DNA of 27,706 bases from a virus (taxonomy: Duplodnaviria > Caudoviricetes): positions 1 to 27,706 of IMG/VR virus record IMGVR_UViG_3300044709_000009, one strand, 5' to 3'. Numbering within the stretch: the stretch's first letter is position 1; each line of letters begins with the position of its first letter. A model generated the notes under the pieces. The model was not told the DNA's origin, made no database searches, and was given only the letters and a program-made list of their open reading frames with translations. The translations under genes and the position numbers were made by a program. Below are positions 18,301-26,157 of this stretch, one piece after another.

Positions 18301-19657
18301 CATGGCGAAGGTGCCTGCTAGCAAGGCGATGAAGGACTTAGAGCGTGTGTTTCCTTACCTGACACAGACGAAGCTTGGTGCGTATCACCTGATGCGCAAC
18401 ATGGGTAGCAAAGAGACCGCTGCGTATGTGATACCGCGTGTTGTAGCTATGTCGAACATGATGGCGGCTAGCTACTACATGATGACGTATTGGAATGCTG
18501 AGAGTAGGAAGGAGTTCTGGGAACGTACACCTGAGCATCAGCGGTGGAAGTACGCATACGTGCCGACGTTGAAGCTGGCAACTGCGTGGGCGTCAGGTAC
18601 CAACCTACCATATAGCAGAGACCTATACTACAAGGTACCTATACCGCCTGACATAGCGCCGATGGTAGCAGGCATGACTGCGTTCTGGCAGATGTTGGGT
18701 GCGATACCTGCTGACGCAACGCCGAAGCCAATTGCCAATGACCTGTTCAAGGTGTTGACAGATAGCGTAACGCCTGCAATGCCGCCGCTTGCGCAGACGA
18801 TACTAGGTGCGAGTGGGTTGAAGTTAGATCCACAATCAAGTGAGACACGTGGTGGTGATTGGATACGCAACATGGTGCCTCGCTTCAAGGCAGGTCCACA
18901 AGCTGAAGCACGCACGAACCTAGGACAGGTGTCGAATAGCACAGCGTTGATGATGAACGGTTTGCTGGGTGCTAATGGCGCGCATCTCGCAGCAGGGATG
19001 GATGTCTTCTTACATGCGAGCAAGTTGCAGCCTAACGCAGGCGGAGGGTTCTCACCACGTGAGAGTAGAGACTTCGCTGCTGGACTGAAGGCTGCTACGA
19101 CTGAGGTGTATGAACAAGCGAAGTCGAAGATACCCGACGTGCCGTTGCTATGGCAGAACAAGGAGAAGTACTCGTCGCAGACGGCTGCATGGCAACAGGT
19201 GAGAGAGAACACACAGCACATACAAGCGATCGTGCAGATGCGCAATGACATGATGGGCAAAGCTGCACAGAAGAAACAACTGCTTAGCAAGATGGCAGGT
19301 GGTGTGCCGCCTGAGCAGATGACGGATGTGGTGTTGGCACAGTTGGCAGATGACGTGACTAAGTGGCAAAATCCCACGGGGGAATTGGGCAAGCTGAAGA
19401 CACACTACGGTGAGCTAGCTACACAACAGCGCGCAGTGAGCGTCGCATACAACATGACACAAGAGCAGCGCAGGTTGAAGGGCAATCAGATTACGAAGAT
19501 GATGCAAGATAACATGCAGCAACAACATCTGGCAACGAAGAACGCGGAGGAGTTAATCGCCGCTAAGTACGGCAAGTATCTCGCTCCGCGTTTAGGTGAC
19601 AGGCATCTCACGATCAGCACGATTGATCAGTTGATGCGTGAGAGCATTGGCAAGTAG
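15389..19657 (+). CDS. Very large internal virion (ejection) protein with an LPD38-like C-terminal region
   Basis: 1422 aa, last gene of the virion arm. The segment EFWERTPEHQRWKYAYVP...YYKVPIPPDI resembles, from memory, the LPD38 signature of large phage ejection/polyvalent proteins. Confidence 0.6.
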   Translation: MPVSREEYIAQYGIDPETGASAATAPAPEEGGGVWDHLKGLVVGAASAPTDLYALPSVALSGGQALYRSYANDTKFLDEFRKDLQIDDAQANIQKHLQSVADQWKQRDPSLTEEQINSGLQDYTKSKQYEDFTQEQLTHFPYVAAKWKDTVRGVLGDERPDSQRKWTESAAEVLGGAVVGGPGGWATGVASAGSKVGGITAKIANSAITRGALNTAEILTPVTVPYTGANIALNAGVGLAMDQGMRAVQGKDTAFTPENEHSAGIGTIAATGVGVAGFAAFVGAVKGRSAAAIRNATPSPTAAALKNNPTLDPRVSDPIMPGGPLIRGGPDPQYGPPSSLDAMNPLTAAKRKGEGLLMDEGAPVYQAVKDIHGADVAYDLELKRMDASYAVLNDTIPSDVSNAMRNVHNLIEGMNPDEQRAMLNGWWLTSDAAQNRIRHSEALAEEAALQAKIANPQTTPQGRTTATTRLAELQSDIQRFTLDQRSARPRIPDVPMVEGQNMANTFLNDMSPNTVKFRNEVKALNKSMLDLQVRSGELSQAVADEMHRLNPYYVRAVNDPLKGKTGVSRMWESISQGINRSLERSSEGAGASTLHESPLRHLDKGIPQEKLPGAPETRITQPLEPMSAARQYVEQAYRSAKLVMTRNEHIRHLAWEDGIGANGVKTAFHTDGHMRIVNGPNGREWWTGELLRSSQVNDAMRNPRVVGEWQDGKLRLWEFGDLALAQALRMEPAQLTGMMKMLSVTSNIMKQFTTGRFAPWFAPLGAMYNTIIGIATRQPGRAFGTASYLGHRFLPKWANKFGLDALPDITVPLTWPYHLTRTIIELSAYHMTQPIVQQLIKNSPFASLQQAVGAPQFSKMVNMMLKVASWAENSPAVSLLKAGASYGHQSIDKVPLVRGAFHEMADKVPGVLKGAWQFYKDGLDAIYLADKRMYYTQNYALQHLKYSKLGQAVPQFEIDKIIREARVLAGDMAKVPASKAMKDLERVFPYLTQTKLGAYHLMRNMGSKETAAYVIPRVVAMSNMMAASYYMMTYWNAESRKEFWERTPEHQRWKYAYVPTLKLATAWASGTNLPYSRDLYYKVPIPPDIAPMVAGMTAFWQMLGAIPADATPKPIANDLFKVLTDSVTPAMPPLAQTILGASGLKLDPQSSETRGGDWIRNMVPRFKAGPQAEARTNLGQVSNSTALMMNGLLGANGAHLAAGMDVFLHASKLQPNAGGGFSPRESRDFAAGLKAATTEVYEQAKSKIPDVPLLWQNKEKYSSQTAAWQQVRENTQHIQAIVQMRNDMMGKAAQKKQLLSKMAGGVPPEQMTDVVLAQLADDVTKWQNPTGELGKLKTHYGELATQQRAVSVAYNMTQEQRRLKGNQITKMMQDNMQQQHLATKNAEELIAAKYGKYLAPRLGDRHLTISTIDQLMRESIGK

Positions 19658-19659
19658 TT

Positions 19660-19676
19660 GTTATACACTGTATAGC
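19660..19676. promoter_or_regulatory. 17-bp palindromic site, copy 3, at the convergence point of the two genome arms
   Basis: GTTATACA-C-TGTATAGC, overlapping the last codons (LYSV*) of the polymerase gene and starting 3 nt after the stop of the opposing gene. Confidence 0.75.
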
Positions 19677-22198
19677 TCTGAGCGTTTCATCTTCTTGATC
19701 GTTGACCAGCGGTGTATGCCATTGGCGTCAGGCACAGACATCGCACACTCAGCAGGGATGATGAGTTGCTTACCACCTATGAGGATAGGTGTCTCTGCGT
19801 GTTTGACCATGACGCGTAGTGCTTGCTTCGCTACCTCATGACGCGCGATGCCTATCAATCCGTCATGTGTGTTGAGCGCGATGCGTGCCTTGCCTTTGGG
19901 CCATGCTGGGTCATCGTGTGCTTTGTATATCACCCTACACACGTGATCACCTATCGTTGACTGCGGATAGAACGCGACGATTGCTTCGGTGCTCTCATCC
20001 GTGGCGGGTATGAGTTGAACATAACGGCGACCATAGGCGTTGTAGATTGCACGATCTTCTCGCACACGTTTGAGGTCCGCTTCCCAACCTTTCTTTAACT
20101 CAGGTGTGAGCTTGTGGTACTTGACAAACGCTTCGCTTGCTGTACTTAGGGATAAGCCTGTAGTAAGGGCTAAGCGATCAGGCATCATACGGTAGTTGAG
20201 ACCATGACGGCAACGTTTAGCAACAAAACGAATGGTTGGTTTGCCAGCCAACTCGACGTTGTATGCGATGCCATCACGCAACGCGGCGACTTGATCCAAT
20301 GGGTAGCGGTCGAAGGTAGGAACATCGTTGTACGGTACGTCGAACATGTCACTGGCAAGAGCGCGGTGGCAGTCGTAGGAACCGTCAATGCGCGCCCGTT
20401 CAAACTGCTTCATCCACGACGTGATGTTGTACCTCCACCCCACTACTCGAGCCTCGGCCTGACTGCCGTCGATGTAAATGAAGCAGCAGCCAGGGTCAGC
20501 AATGAACATTTCCTTCGCGCGGTCTGGGATGTTTTGCAAGTTTCCTCCCGAACCCCACAGCGTTTGAGCAGACGACAACCTACCCGGAGCAGAACGCACC
20601 CCCGTCTGTCTGTAGTCACACCGCATCCGGCTGTCGTAGTCAGGCTTGGCTGATGCGTAGACAGAGTAGAACTTGTCGTCCTCGATGTATGCGTCTACGG
20701 CGTCGAGCACACGGCGAGCGGCAGGGGATGTGCGTGGATGTTTGCGCATGAGTTCGCGATTGGTAGCGTCGGTACTCACACCACGCCCGACGAGCTTGAG
20801 CTTGCTGAAGTAGAGTTCAGCCATTTGCTTAGGAGAATTGGGGTTGGGCGTGTAGGTGTTATCACCCACAGCGTCTCTTGCCGCAACGTAGAACTCGTGT
20901 AGTTTAGATTGCAGATCACTGTACAAGTTACCGGGTGTGTTCTCGTCCAGCATACGACGACGTAGTTCCATGTCATTCAACACTCCACCGACTGTCATCC
21001 ACACAAGGTGATGTTGCAAACGCATGACGTGCTCGAAGTAGAACTTGTCTAGCTTCTGATCGCGGAGTTCTGATATGATGCCACGGTTCGCTGCAAGTGT
21101 GAGAGCGCAGTCTTTACCGTTGTATATCCAGAAATTATCAACACCCCCAGTATGGCGCCATTCGTCCTTCTCATTCTTATAGAACGGATGCATTGTGTAT
21201 TGTTTGACGATGAAGCCAAGATCGTGCGGCATTGTTGGGTATAGCACATGATGACCCAGCATCGTGTCACTATAGGCAGGCCGACAGCGAATGCGATCCT
21301 TAAACCAGAGCCATGACATGTCGAAGCCTCCATTCTGCCACACCATGCGTGTAGTCGGCGCAGCATAGAGCGACTGTAAGGCGAGACGAATGGCAGTTTC
21401 TTCGTGGTGTTGGTAGACGTTGCGTTCTTCGTTGCGGAAGGCGATGCACATTGCTTCATGCGTTGTAGGAGCAAGGCCGACGCAAGCTGTTTCATTAGCG
21501 ATGACTTCGATGTCAGATGCGATTGGATCACGTGAGGCTTTACACATAGCAATATAATCGAGTGCTTGCTTACAGGTGGGGTTGATATGTGTGACGACTG
21601 CATGGGGTTTGAAGGTTCCGAGTACAACAGGGCGAAGTTTGTCACCTATGTCCATGTCGAACATGATGTGTGCCATAGGATCACGCGCGCAAAAGGCTGG
21701 GTTGTAGGTGCAAATCGCAGTGATCTGACGATTGCCTACTATACACGGTATAACACTGCCGCGCCACGACGTTATGCCCTTCTTACCTAGCAAGGCTTCA
21801 ACGGCGTAGTTGCCAAGGAGTAAGACATGTTGTAAGTTAGGCAGGTGTTCAAGCTCCCACTTCAGCAACTCCTGCCAAGCGGATAGCTCATGTTTCCCTA
21901 CCGGCTTACGGTTCGCACCCTCGTTAACATCGAACGCAACCTGACGCTTGACGACGTTGGTGATGTAACACTCATGACGCTTCACCTCTGGACAATGAGT
22001 GCGGATGGCACGCCAGAGTATGTTTCCTGCACCGCCTACAAGCGGGATGCCTTGAGCGACCTCGTTGCGACCCGGAGCTTCAGCTATGACAGCGATGGTC
22101 GAGTGGAGAGTACCACCCATAGAGCACTCAACGACAAGCCCCGCCGCACTAGCCTGAAGTGAGAAGCGTTCTTTAAGTTCTGCTGTTGTTAGTGTCAT
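19661..22198 (-). CDS. polA: Family A DNA polymerase with N-terminal uracil-DNA glycosylase (family 4)-like domain and 3'-5' exonuclease
   Basis: Likely start ATG 22198 (GAAGGGGG RBS; the ORF track starts at 22231). UDG-like motifs: AEAPGRNE...PLVGGAG, YITNVVK, TYNPA. Exonuclease motifs: DIE, NGGFD, YNGKD. Polymerase motifs: GRLSS, NLQNIP, A (DGSQAEAR), B (RFVAKRCRHGLNY), C (THDG). Confidence 0.92.
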   Translation of the reverse strand: MTLTTAELKERFSLQASAAGLVVECSMGGTLHSTIAVIAEAPGRNEVAQGIPLVGGAGNILWRAIRTHCPEVKRHECYITNVVKRQVAFDVNEGANRKPVGKHELSAWQELLKWELEHLPNLQHVLLLGNYAVEALLGKKGITSWRGSVIPCIVGNRQITAICTYNPAFCARDPMAHIMFDMDIGDKLRPVVLGTFKPHAVVTHINPTCKQALDYIAMCKASRDPIASDIEVIANETACVGLAPTTHEAMCIAFRNEERNVYQHHEETAIRLALQSLYAAPTTRMVWQNGGFDMSWLWFKDRIRCRPAYSDTMLGHHVLYPTMPHDLGFIVKQYTMHPFYKNEKDEWRHTGGVDNFWIYNGKDCALTLAANRGIISELRDQKLDKFYFEHVMRLQHHLVWMTVGGVLNDMELRRRMLDENTPGNLYSDLQSKLHEFYVAARDAVGDNTYTPNPNSPKQMAELYFSKLKLVGRGVSTDATNRELMRKHPRTSPAARRVLDAVDAYIEDDKFYSVYASAKPDYDSRMRCDYRQTGVRSAPGRLSSAQTLWGSGGNLQNIPDRAKEMFIADPGCCFIYIDGSQAEARVVGWRYNITSWMKQFERARIDGSYDCHRALASDMFDVPYNDVPTFDRYPLDQVAALRDGIAYNVELAGKPTIRFVAKRCRHGLNYRMMPDRLALTTGLSLSTASEAFVKYHKLTPELKKGWEADLKRVREDRAIYNAYGRRYVQLIPATDESTEAIVAFYPQSTIGDHVCRVIYKAHDDPAWPKGKARIALNTHDGLIGIARHEVAKQALRVMVKHAETPILIGGKQLIIPAECAMSVPDANGIHRWSTIKKMKRSELYSV
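21738..21754. promoter_or_regulatory. 17-bp palindromic site, degenerate copy 4 (inside polA)
   Basis: ACTATACA-C-GGTATAAC, one mismatch in the 12-bp core. Confidence 0.5.
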
Positions 22199-22359
22199 TC
22201 GTTGTCCCCCTTCAACACACTGTCGGCCCACTTGTTAAGTGCATCTTTGACATAGCATGTAGTGTCTACAGTGAACTCCATGTTGTCTTTGTCAATTGAT
22301 ACCCAACGCAGCTTCTTAATCCATTCAGCGAGTTGTACGATCTCTGTGTTTGTCATCAT
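22195..22359 (-). CDS. Small hypothetical protein (54 aa), absent from the ORF track
   Basis: MMTNTEIVQLAEWIKKLRWVSIDKDNMEFTVDTTCYVKDALNKWADSVLKGDNE*. ATGA overlaps with both the helicase stop and the polymerase start, so it fills the gap exactly. Confidence 0.7.
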   Translation of the reverse strand: MMTNTEIVQLAEWIKKLRWVSIDKDNMEFTVDTTCYVKDALNKWADSVLKGDNE

Positions 22360-23705
22360 GACTTAGGCTTCCTCTTCCAACCGAGTGACTTCAACGATGT
22401 AGCGAGTGAGCGTTGGTCTGTTATCAACGTCGCATGTTTGATCGCACGTGTGAGGCCGGTGTATAGGTTGGGACGTGAGAGATTGAAGAACGCGCATGAT
22501 GCCATGATGTAGGAGATGTTGTCATACTGCGAGCCTTGACACTTGTGCGTGGTGAGAGCATAGGCCAACTCAATCACGCGACGTGGATCGTAGGTGTAGA
22601 AGAACTGCCTACGTCTGTTGTACTCATGCACCTTGGGTGGTAGTTCGACAACGCGATCACCGAAGTCAATCTCCAACACACCGATAGGGTCGATGCTTCT
22701 GATGACACCGACTTCACCATTCAACATCTGCTTCGTATCAGGTGCAGGGATGTACGCATGTGCGTAGCCTGTACCATCGTTAGCGAAGTCGGTGTAACGT
22801 TCGGTGTAGTCACGTAAGTCGTACGAGTTGGTGTTGCAGACAACCTTGTCACCTATGCTGACGAAGCATCTGTTCTTCACCTCCCACTTGTTGCGAGGGA
22901 GTTCGATCTTACCGGGCATGGTGGGGTTGAAGCGTAGTTGGAGGATGCTGTTCAAACGCACAGTGCCTATGTCTGACTTACGCGCGGGCGAGATGATTTG
23001 ATTGTTGATTGTACGCCAATCGATGTCGTTGTCTTCGAGCATGTTATACAGTGTATGAAGCACTGCGTCACCGAGCATCACGCGAACGTCGCTATTGGAT
23101 GTGAAGAACTGTCCGCGGTTGATGCGACGTGCTGCTTCGATGATGCCGTTGCCTTCAGCTTGGCGGTAGATGTTGTTGAGTGTGACAGTGTTAGGCATGG
23201 CGAGACACTTCGCAAAGGGGGATGTGGGGTCTGCGAGGTCAGCGTTCTCAATAGGTGGGAGTTGGCGAATGTCACCGAACACACGCAAGCATGCACCGTG
23301 GCGTAGTGATGAGACGAGATCACGATGTAGGCCAGTGGACACCATTGCATACTCATCAACGATGACGATGTGTTGTTCAAGTGGGTTGGACTTGCCGCGT
23401 GCTGGTGTGCTGACAGATGTAGCTTCACCTGTTTCATCGTCCATGTCAGGGCGATTGAACTCAAGGAGTTTGTGTATGGTTTGAGCAGGATAGCCTGTTG
23501 CTTCACGTATACGACGGGCGGCTTTACCTGTTGGTGCGGCGAGTGCGAATGGGATGTTGCGTTGTGTGAGTAAGTCACACGTCTGCTTTATAATAGTAGT
23601 CTTACCCGTACCAGCTTCACCTGTCACAGAGACGAGGCGCTTGAGAGGATCGACACACATAGTAATAGCGTTCTGCTGTTCAGCATCTAGCTGCATCGCG
23701 TCCAT
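22356..23705 (-). CDS. RecD/Dda-like superfamily 1B DNA helicase
   Basis: 449 aa. Walker A GEAGTGKT, motif Ia APTGKAARR, TIHKLL, Walker B IVDEYAM, GDIRQLPPI, YRQ, YALTTHKCQGSQY and LYTGLTRA. Confidence 0.92.
   Translation of the reverse strand: MDAMQLDAEQQNAITMCVDPLKRLVSVTGEAGTGKTTIIKQTCDLLTQRNIPFALAAPTGKAARRIREATGYPAQTIHKLLEFNRPDMDDETGEATSVSTPARGKSNPLEQHIVIVDEYAMVSTGLHRDLVSSLRHGACLRVFGDIRQLPPIENADLADPTSPFAKCLAMPNTVTLNNIYRQAEGNGIIEAARRINRGQFFTSNSDVRVMLGDAVLHTLYNMLEDNDIDWRTINNQIISPARKSDIGTVRLNSILQLRFNPTMPGKIELPRNKWEVKNRCFVSIGDKVVCNTNSYDLRDYTERYTDFANDGTGYAHAYIPAPDTKQMLNGEVGVIRSIDPIGVLEIDFGDRVVELPPKVHEYNRRRQFFYTYDPRRVIELAYALTTHKCQGSQYDNISYIMASCAFFNLSRPNLYTGLTRAIKHATLITDQRSLATSLKSLGWKRKPKS
23043..23059. 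promoter_or_regulatory. 17-bp palindromic site, degenerate copy 5 (inside helicase)
   Basis: GTTATACA-G-TGTATGAA, one mismatch in the core. Confidence 0.55.
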
Positions 23706-23733
23706 CGATGTTCTCCATGCTGCATGTTTCGCA

Positions 23734-23750
23734 GCTATACAGTGTATAAC
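23734..23750. promoter_or_regulatory. 17-bp palindromic site, copy 6
   Basis: GCTATACA-G-TGTATAAC, intergenic, about 28 nt upstream of the helicase start. Confidence 0.75.
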
Positions 23751-23753
23751 AAT

Positions 23754-23800
23754 AGCAAACGCCGCGCACTGCGGAATGGGGACAGATGCGCGGCGTTGCT
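23754..23800 (-). terminator. GC-rich stem-loop, putative intrinsic terminator/attenuator on the minus strand
   Basis: 11-bp stem AACGCCGCGCA (23758-23768) / TGCGCGGCGTT (23787-23797), extendable with bulges. On the minus strand it runs into TTTGCTATTGTT. Confidence 0.55.
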
Positions 23801-23832
23801 CAGCCTGCAGACTAGTTCACTGGGGGGCAGCT

Positions 23833-24129
23833 CTAGCCAACAGACGTAGAGCCGTCGGTCTCTTCGCCACGCTTGTTCGCGATCACTTCGTGCTTGATGC
23901 GCGTCAGACCAGACTGTGCATACTCAGGCGTGTCGAGGAACTCAACCACCTTGCGTGCATCAGACATGATGCGGTCGACTTGCAGCTTCGCACCGGGAAT
24001 GACGTTGCCCTGTTCGTCAGTTACACGAACAAAGAAGTGGAACGTACGCTTCTGTGCAGCACGTTGTGCAACAGCTTTCTTCAGGCTAGAGTAGGCAGAC
24101 GACGACGCGGACTTGGAAGGAGTAGCCAT
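23833..24129 (-). CDS. Hypothetical protein (98 aa, basic N-terminus)
   Basis: GAGGA RBS upstream, co-oriented with the replication genes. No recognisable motif. Confidence 0.7.
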   Translation of the reverse strand: MATPSKSASSSAYSSLKKAVAQRAAQKRTFHFFVRVTDEQGNVIPGAKLQVDRIMSDARKVVEFLDTPEYAQSGLTRIKHEVIANKRGEETDGSTSVG

Positions 24130-24175
24130 TAGGATATATCCTCATGTATGGGGTTATAGTGTGGTGTAGTGGTAG

Positions 24176-24214
24176 TGTGTTAGGCACACACGTTGGTAGC
24201 ATGTGCCTAACACA
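24176..24214 (-). terminator. Stem-loop downstream of the SSB gene
   Basis: Perfect 13-bp inverted repeat TGTGTTAGGCACA / TGTGCCTAACACA with a 13-nt loop. No U-tract. Confidence 0.5.
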
Positions 24215-24230
24215 TAGTAGCACACGCGTG

Positions 24231-24638
24231 TTAGAGAGGCAACACTTGGCCTACCTCAGCACGCGGGTTCTTCTCAAGGTCTTGACCCATGCGAATGCGA
24301 GCACGTGCTTCACGACCCACGAAGTCGTTAGGGTCAATGGAGCTTGACATCGGAACACCGAAGGCCTTACAGACGTTCTTCATACGCCAACGATCAGCGG
24401 GGATGTCACGTGAGACGACGTTCATCGTGAATGTCAACTCATCAACACCATCACCGGGGTCGAAGTCAGCAGGGAACTCGGTGCGCGGCACTTGCAAGGT
24501 GAGCGTGAGCATCGGGTTCCCTGAAGAAGCTGCTGTCTTGTCGATAGCAGCAGTGCAGATGCACTTATACTCACCAGCAGGGAGTTGCGGAGGAGCTTCA
24601 GCGTCTGCGATGTTAGCAGAGAAGTTGAGCAAACCCAT
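24231..24638 (-). CDS. DUF669-like phage single-stranded DNA-binding protein
   Basis: 135 aa. The pattern LPAGEYKCIC...SSGNPMLTLTLQV...DFVGREARARI is typical of DUF669 proteins. Adjacent to a Sak4-like ATPase; AGGAG RBS. Confidence 0.65.
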   Translation of the reverse strand: MGLLNFSANIADAEAPPQLPAGEYKCICTAAIDKTAASSGNPMLTLTLQVPRTEFPADFDPGDGVDELTFTMNVVSRDIPADRWRMKNVCKAFGVPMSSSIDPNDFVGREARARIRMGQDLEKNPRAEVGQVLPL

Positions 24639-24661
24639 GTTGGGTTCTCCTATGTTACGGG

Positions 24662-24678
24662 CTTATACACTGTATACA
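24662..24678. promoter_or_regulatory. 17-bp palindromic site, copy 7
   Basis: CTTATACA-C-TGTATACA, intergenic, 23 nt upstream of the SSB start. Confidence 0.7.
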
Positions 24679-24745
24679 TGCACACACAGGTAGCAAGCCA
24701 CTAGGTCTAGTCTGTGTGCGTAGGAGTAGGCACTATGTATAGTGG

Positions 24746-25525
24746 CTACTTAGGCACTGGTAACTTTGCGAAGTTGCCAGCGATGTAGTCCTGCCACCAC
24801 GTGGATATGGCAGGACCAGCATTGGTGTTTGCGTTGTAGCGTAGAGGGAATGACGTCTGTGCAGTCATGTCGAACATGCGTGACTTCATCGGCGCACGGA
24901 AACGTTCAGGACGGATGGCGATATGTCTGACCCCATTGACATCACGAATGTTCCATACTTCAGAGATGTCCTTGCTAGCGATGTTAGGAAGCTGCCCGCC
25001 AAGCAACATCCCGACGCTGAGGATGGCACCATCGTTGTTTCGATCAGCATCCTTCTCATGCGTAATGAAGATCACGTGTTTGTTCAAGGCACCTGTGACA
25101 CGCAAGGTGTTGGAGATGAGCGACGACACTGCTATGTTACGAAGACCATACCCATTGAGGCCGGGTTGCTCGATTGTACTCTTGGGAGCAACGCGTACTG
25201 CATACTGAAGAGCATGTTCACTGAACTTGGTCAGGCTATCGATGATCAAGGTGTCGAAGTCAGCGAGCATGCTATACAGTGTATAAGGGTCAGGCTTCAT
25301 TCCCTCCTTAACGATGTCCACACTACTTTCTTTACTCAGATTAACACGGTGCCAATTGGGCATGTTGCGAATACTCATGTCACCATCAGGGTCAAGCATG
25401 AGGAATAGCTTGCGACCGGGAGCGGTTGCAGCGAGTGTAGTTTTGCCGCTACCACTATCACCCCACAGGATCATAGATAAGCGCGATGGTGCGTCTGTTG
25501 GATGTTCTATCTTTAATTCCATCAT
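24746..25525 (-). CDS. AAA_24 / Sak4-like P-loop ATPase (putative single-strand annealing recombinase)
   Basis: 259 aa. Walker A WGDSGSGKTTLA, Walker B LIIDSLT and VIFITHEK. Lies in a module with an SSB and a nuclease. Confidence 0.75.
   Translation of the reverse strand: MMELKIEHPTDAPSRLSMILWGDSGSGKTTLAATAPGRKLFLMLDPDGDMSIRNMPNWHRVNLSKESSVDIVKEGMKPDPYTLYSMLADFDTLIIDSLTKFSEHALQYAVRVAPKSTIEQPGLNGYGLRNIAVSSLISNTLRVTGALNKHVIFITHEKDADRNNDGAILSVGMLLGGQLPNIASKDISEVWNIRDVNGVRHIAIRPERFRAPMKSRMFDMTAQTSFPLRYNANTNAGPAISTWWQDYIAGNFAKLPVPK
25271..25287. promoter_or_regulatory. 17-bp palindromic site, copy 8 (inside ATPase gene)
   Basis: GCTATACA-G-TGTATAAG, exact 12-bp core. Confidence 0.7.
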
Positions 25526-25539
25526 CTCCCCTTCCTGAT

Positions 25540-25556
25540 GTTATACATAGTATAGC
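25540..25556. promoter_or_regulatory. 17-bp palindromic site, degenerate copy 9
   Basis: GTTATACA-T-AGTATAGC, intergenic, 14 nt upstream of the ATPase start. Confidence 0.65.
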
Positions 25557-25587
25557 ACATGTGTAATCACCTGCAACTCATCGTCAG

Positions 25588-26064
25588 TTATGGTTTACCT
25601 CCATCCAACGCTGCACAGGCCACATCTACATTGCTCATCAAGTTATCGAGGCACTGCTGCCGACCGGCGATGATCTTCAACGCCTCACGCAGCCGCTCGA
25701 TCTCGTTCTGCGCCGCCTCGTACTCGTCCGACATCCGCACCATGCGCTGACTATCGGCATGTCGAGCAGCGTTGATCCGCTCGATCTCACCATTCGCCTC
25801 TGCTATCAACTCAGCACCGACGCGAACCTCCTCCCGCAGCCGCTCGATCTCGTCCTCCAGTCGGCGCACGTATTCGCTTTCGGAGACTGGCGGGCAGTTC
25901 TTGATCGTGTTGCGCAGTCGCTCTATCTCGTTAATATCTCGATTGCGTTCAGGGATCATAAGAGCGATTACTTTCTCCAGCCGCTCGATCTCGTCGGCGG
26001 CCTCGCGCAGTTCGGGATTTTCATACCCGCGCAGCCGCTCTACGATGTCATTCATGGAGGGCAC
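25588..26064 (-). CDS. Coiled-coil hypothetical protein built of EIERL repeats
   Basis: 158 aa (alternative start ATG 26055) with six D/N/G-EIERL-like units. Confidence 0.7.
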   Translation of the reverse strand: MPSMNDIVERLRGYENPELREAADEIERLEKVIALMIPERNRDINEIERLRNTIKNCPPVSESEYVRRLEDEIERLREEVRVGAELIAEANGEIERINAARHADSQRMVRMSDEYEAAQNEIERLREALKIIAGRQQCLDNLMSNVDVACAALDGGKP

Positions 26065-26157
26065 TCACCAATAGGTCGTGAACCCGTTGCGTCGATTGTC
26101 CGTCAAGGAGGGCGTCCTTTGCTCGCGTAATAACAGCGCGCAATCGCTCGATCTCGT
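25688..26157. repeat. Dispersed ~19-bp coding repeat cgcagccgctcgatctcgt, about 7 copies
   Basis: Exact at 25688-25706 and 25835-25853. Partial or degenerate at about 25777, 25913, 25978, 26030 and 26139. Confidence 0.75.

Noticed and set aside
21049-21645. 198-aa same-strand alternative-frame ORF inside the polymerase gene
   Set aside because: Ser/Thr/Cys-rich off-frame composition with no motif. The polymerase frame is intact, so no frameshift or intron is needed.
24681-24744. Weak inverted repeats (CACACAG/CTGTGTG; CACTAT-GT-ATAGTG) between the ATPase and SSB genes
   Set aside because: The stems are short or interrupted and could arise by chance in this CA/TG-rich sequence.
25688-26157. 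Short repeats with unique intervening sequence near a Cas4-like gene, suggesting a mini-CRISPR array
   Set aside because: The repeats are degenerate and only about 19 bp, irregularly spaced, and in frame within a protein (EIERL). There is no leader or cas operon.
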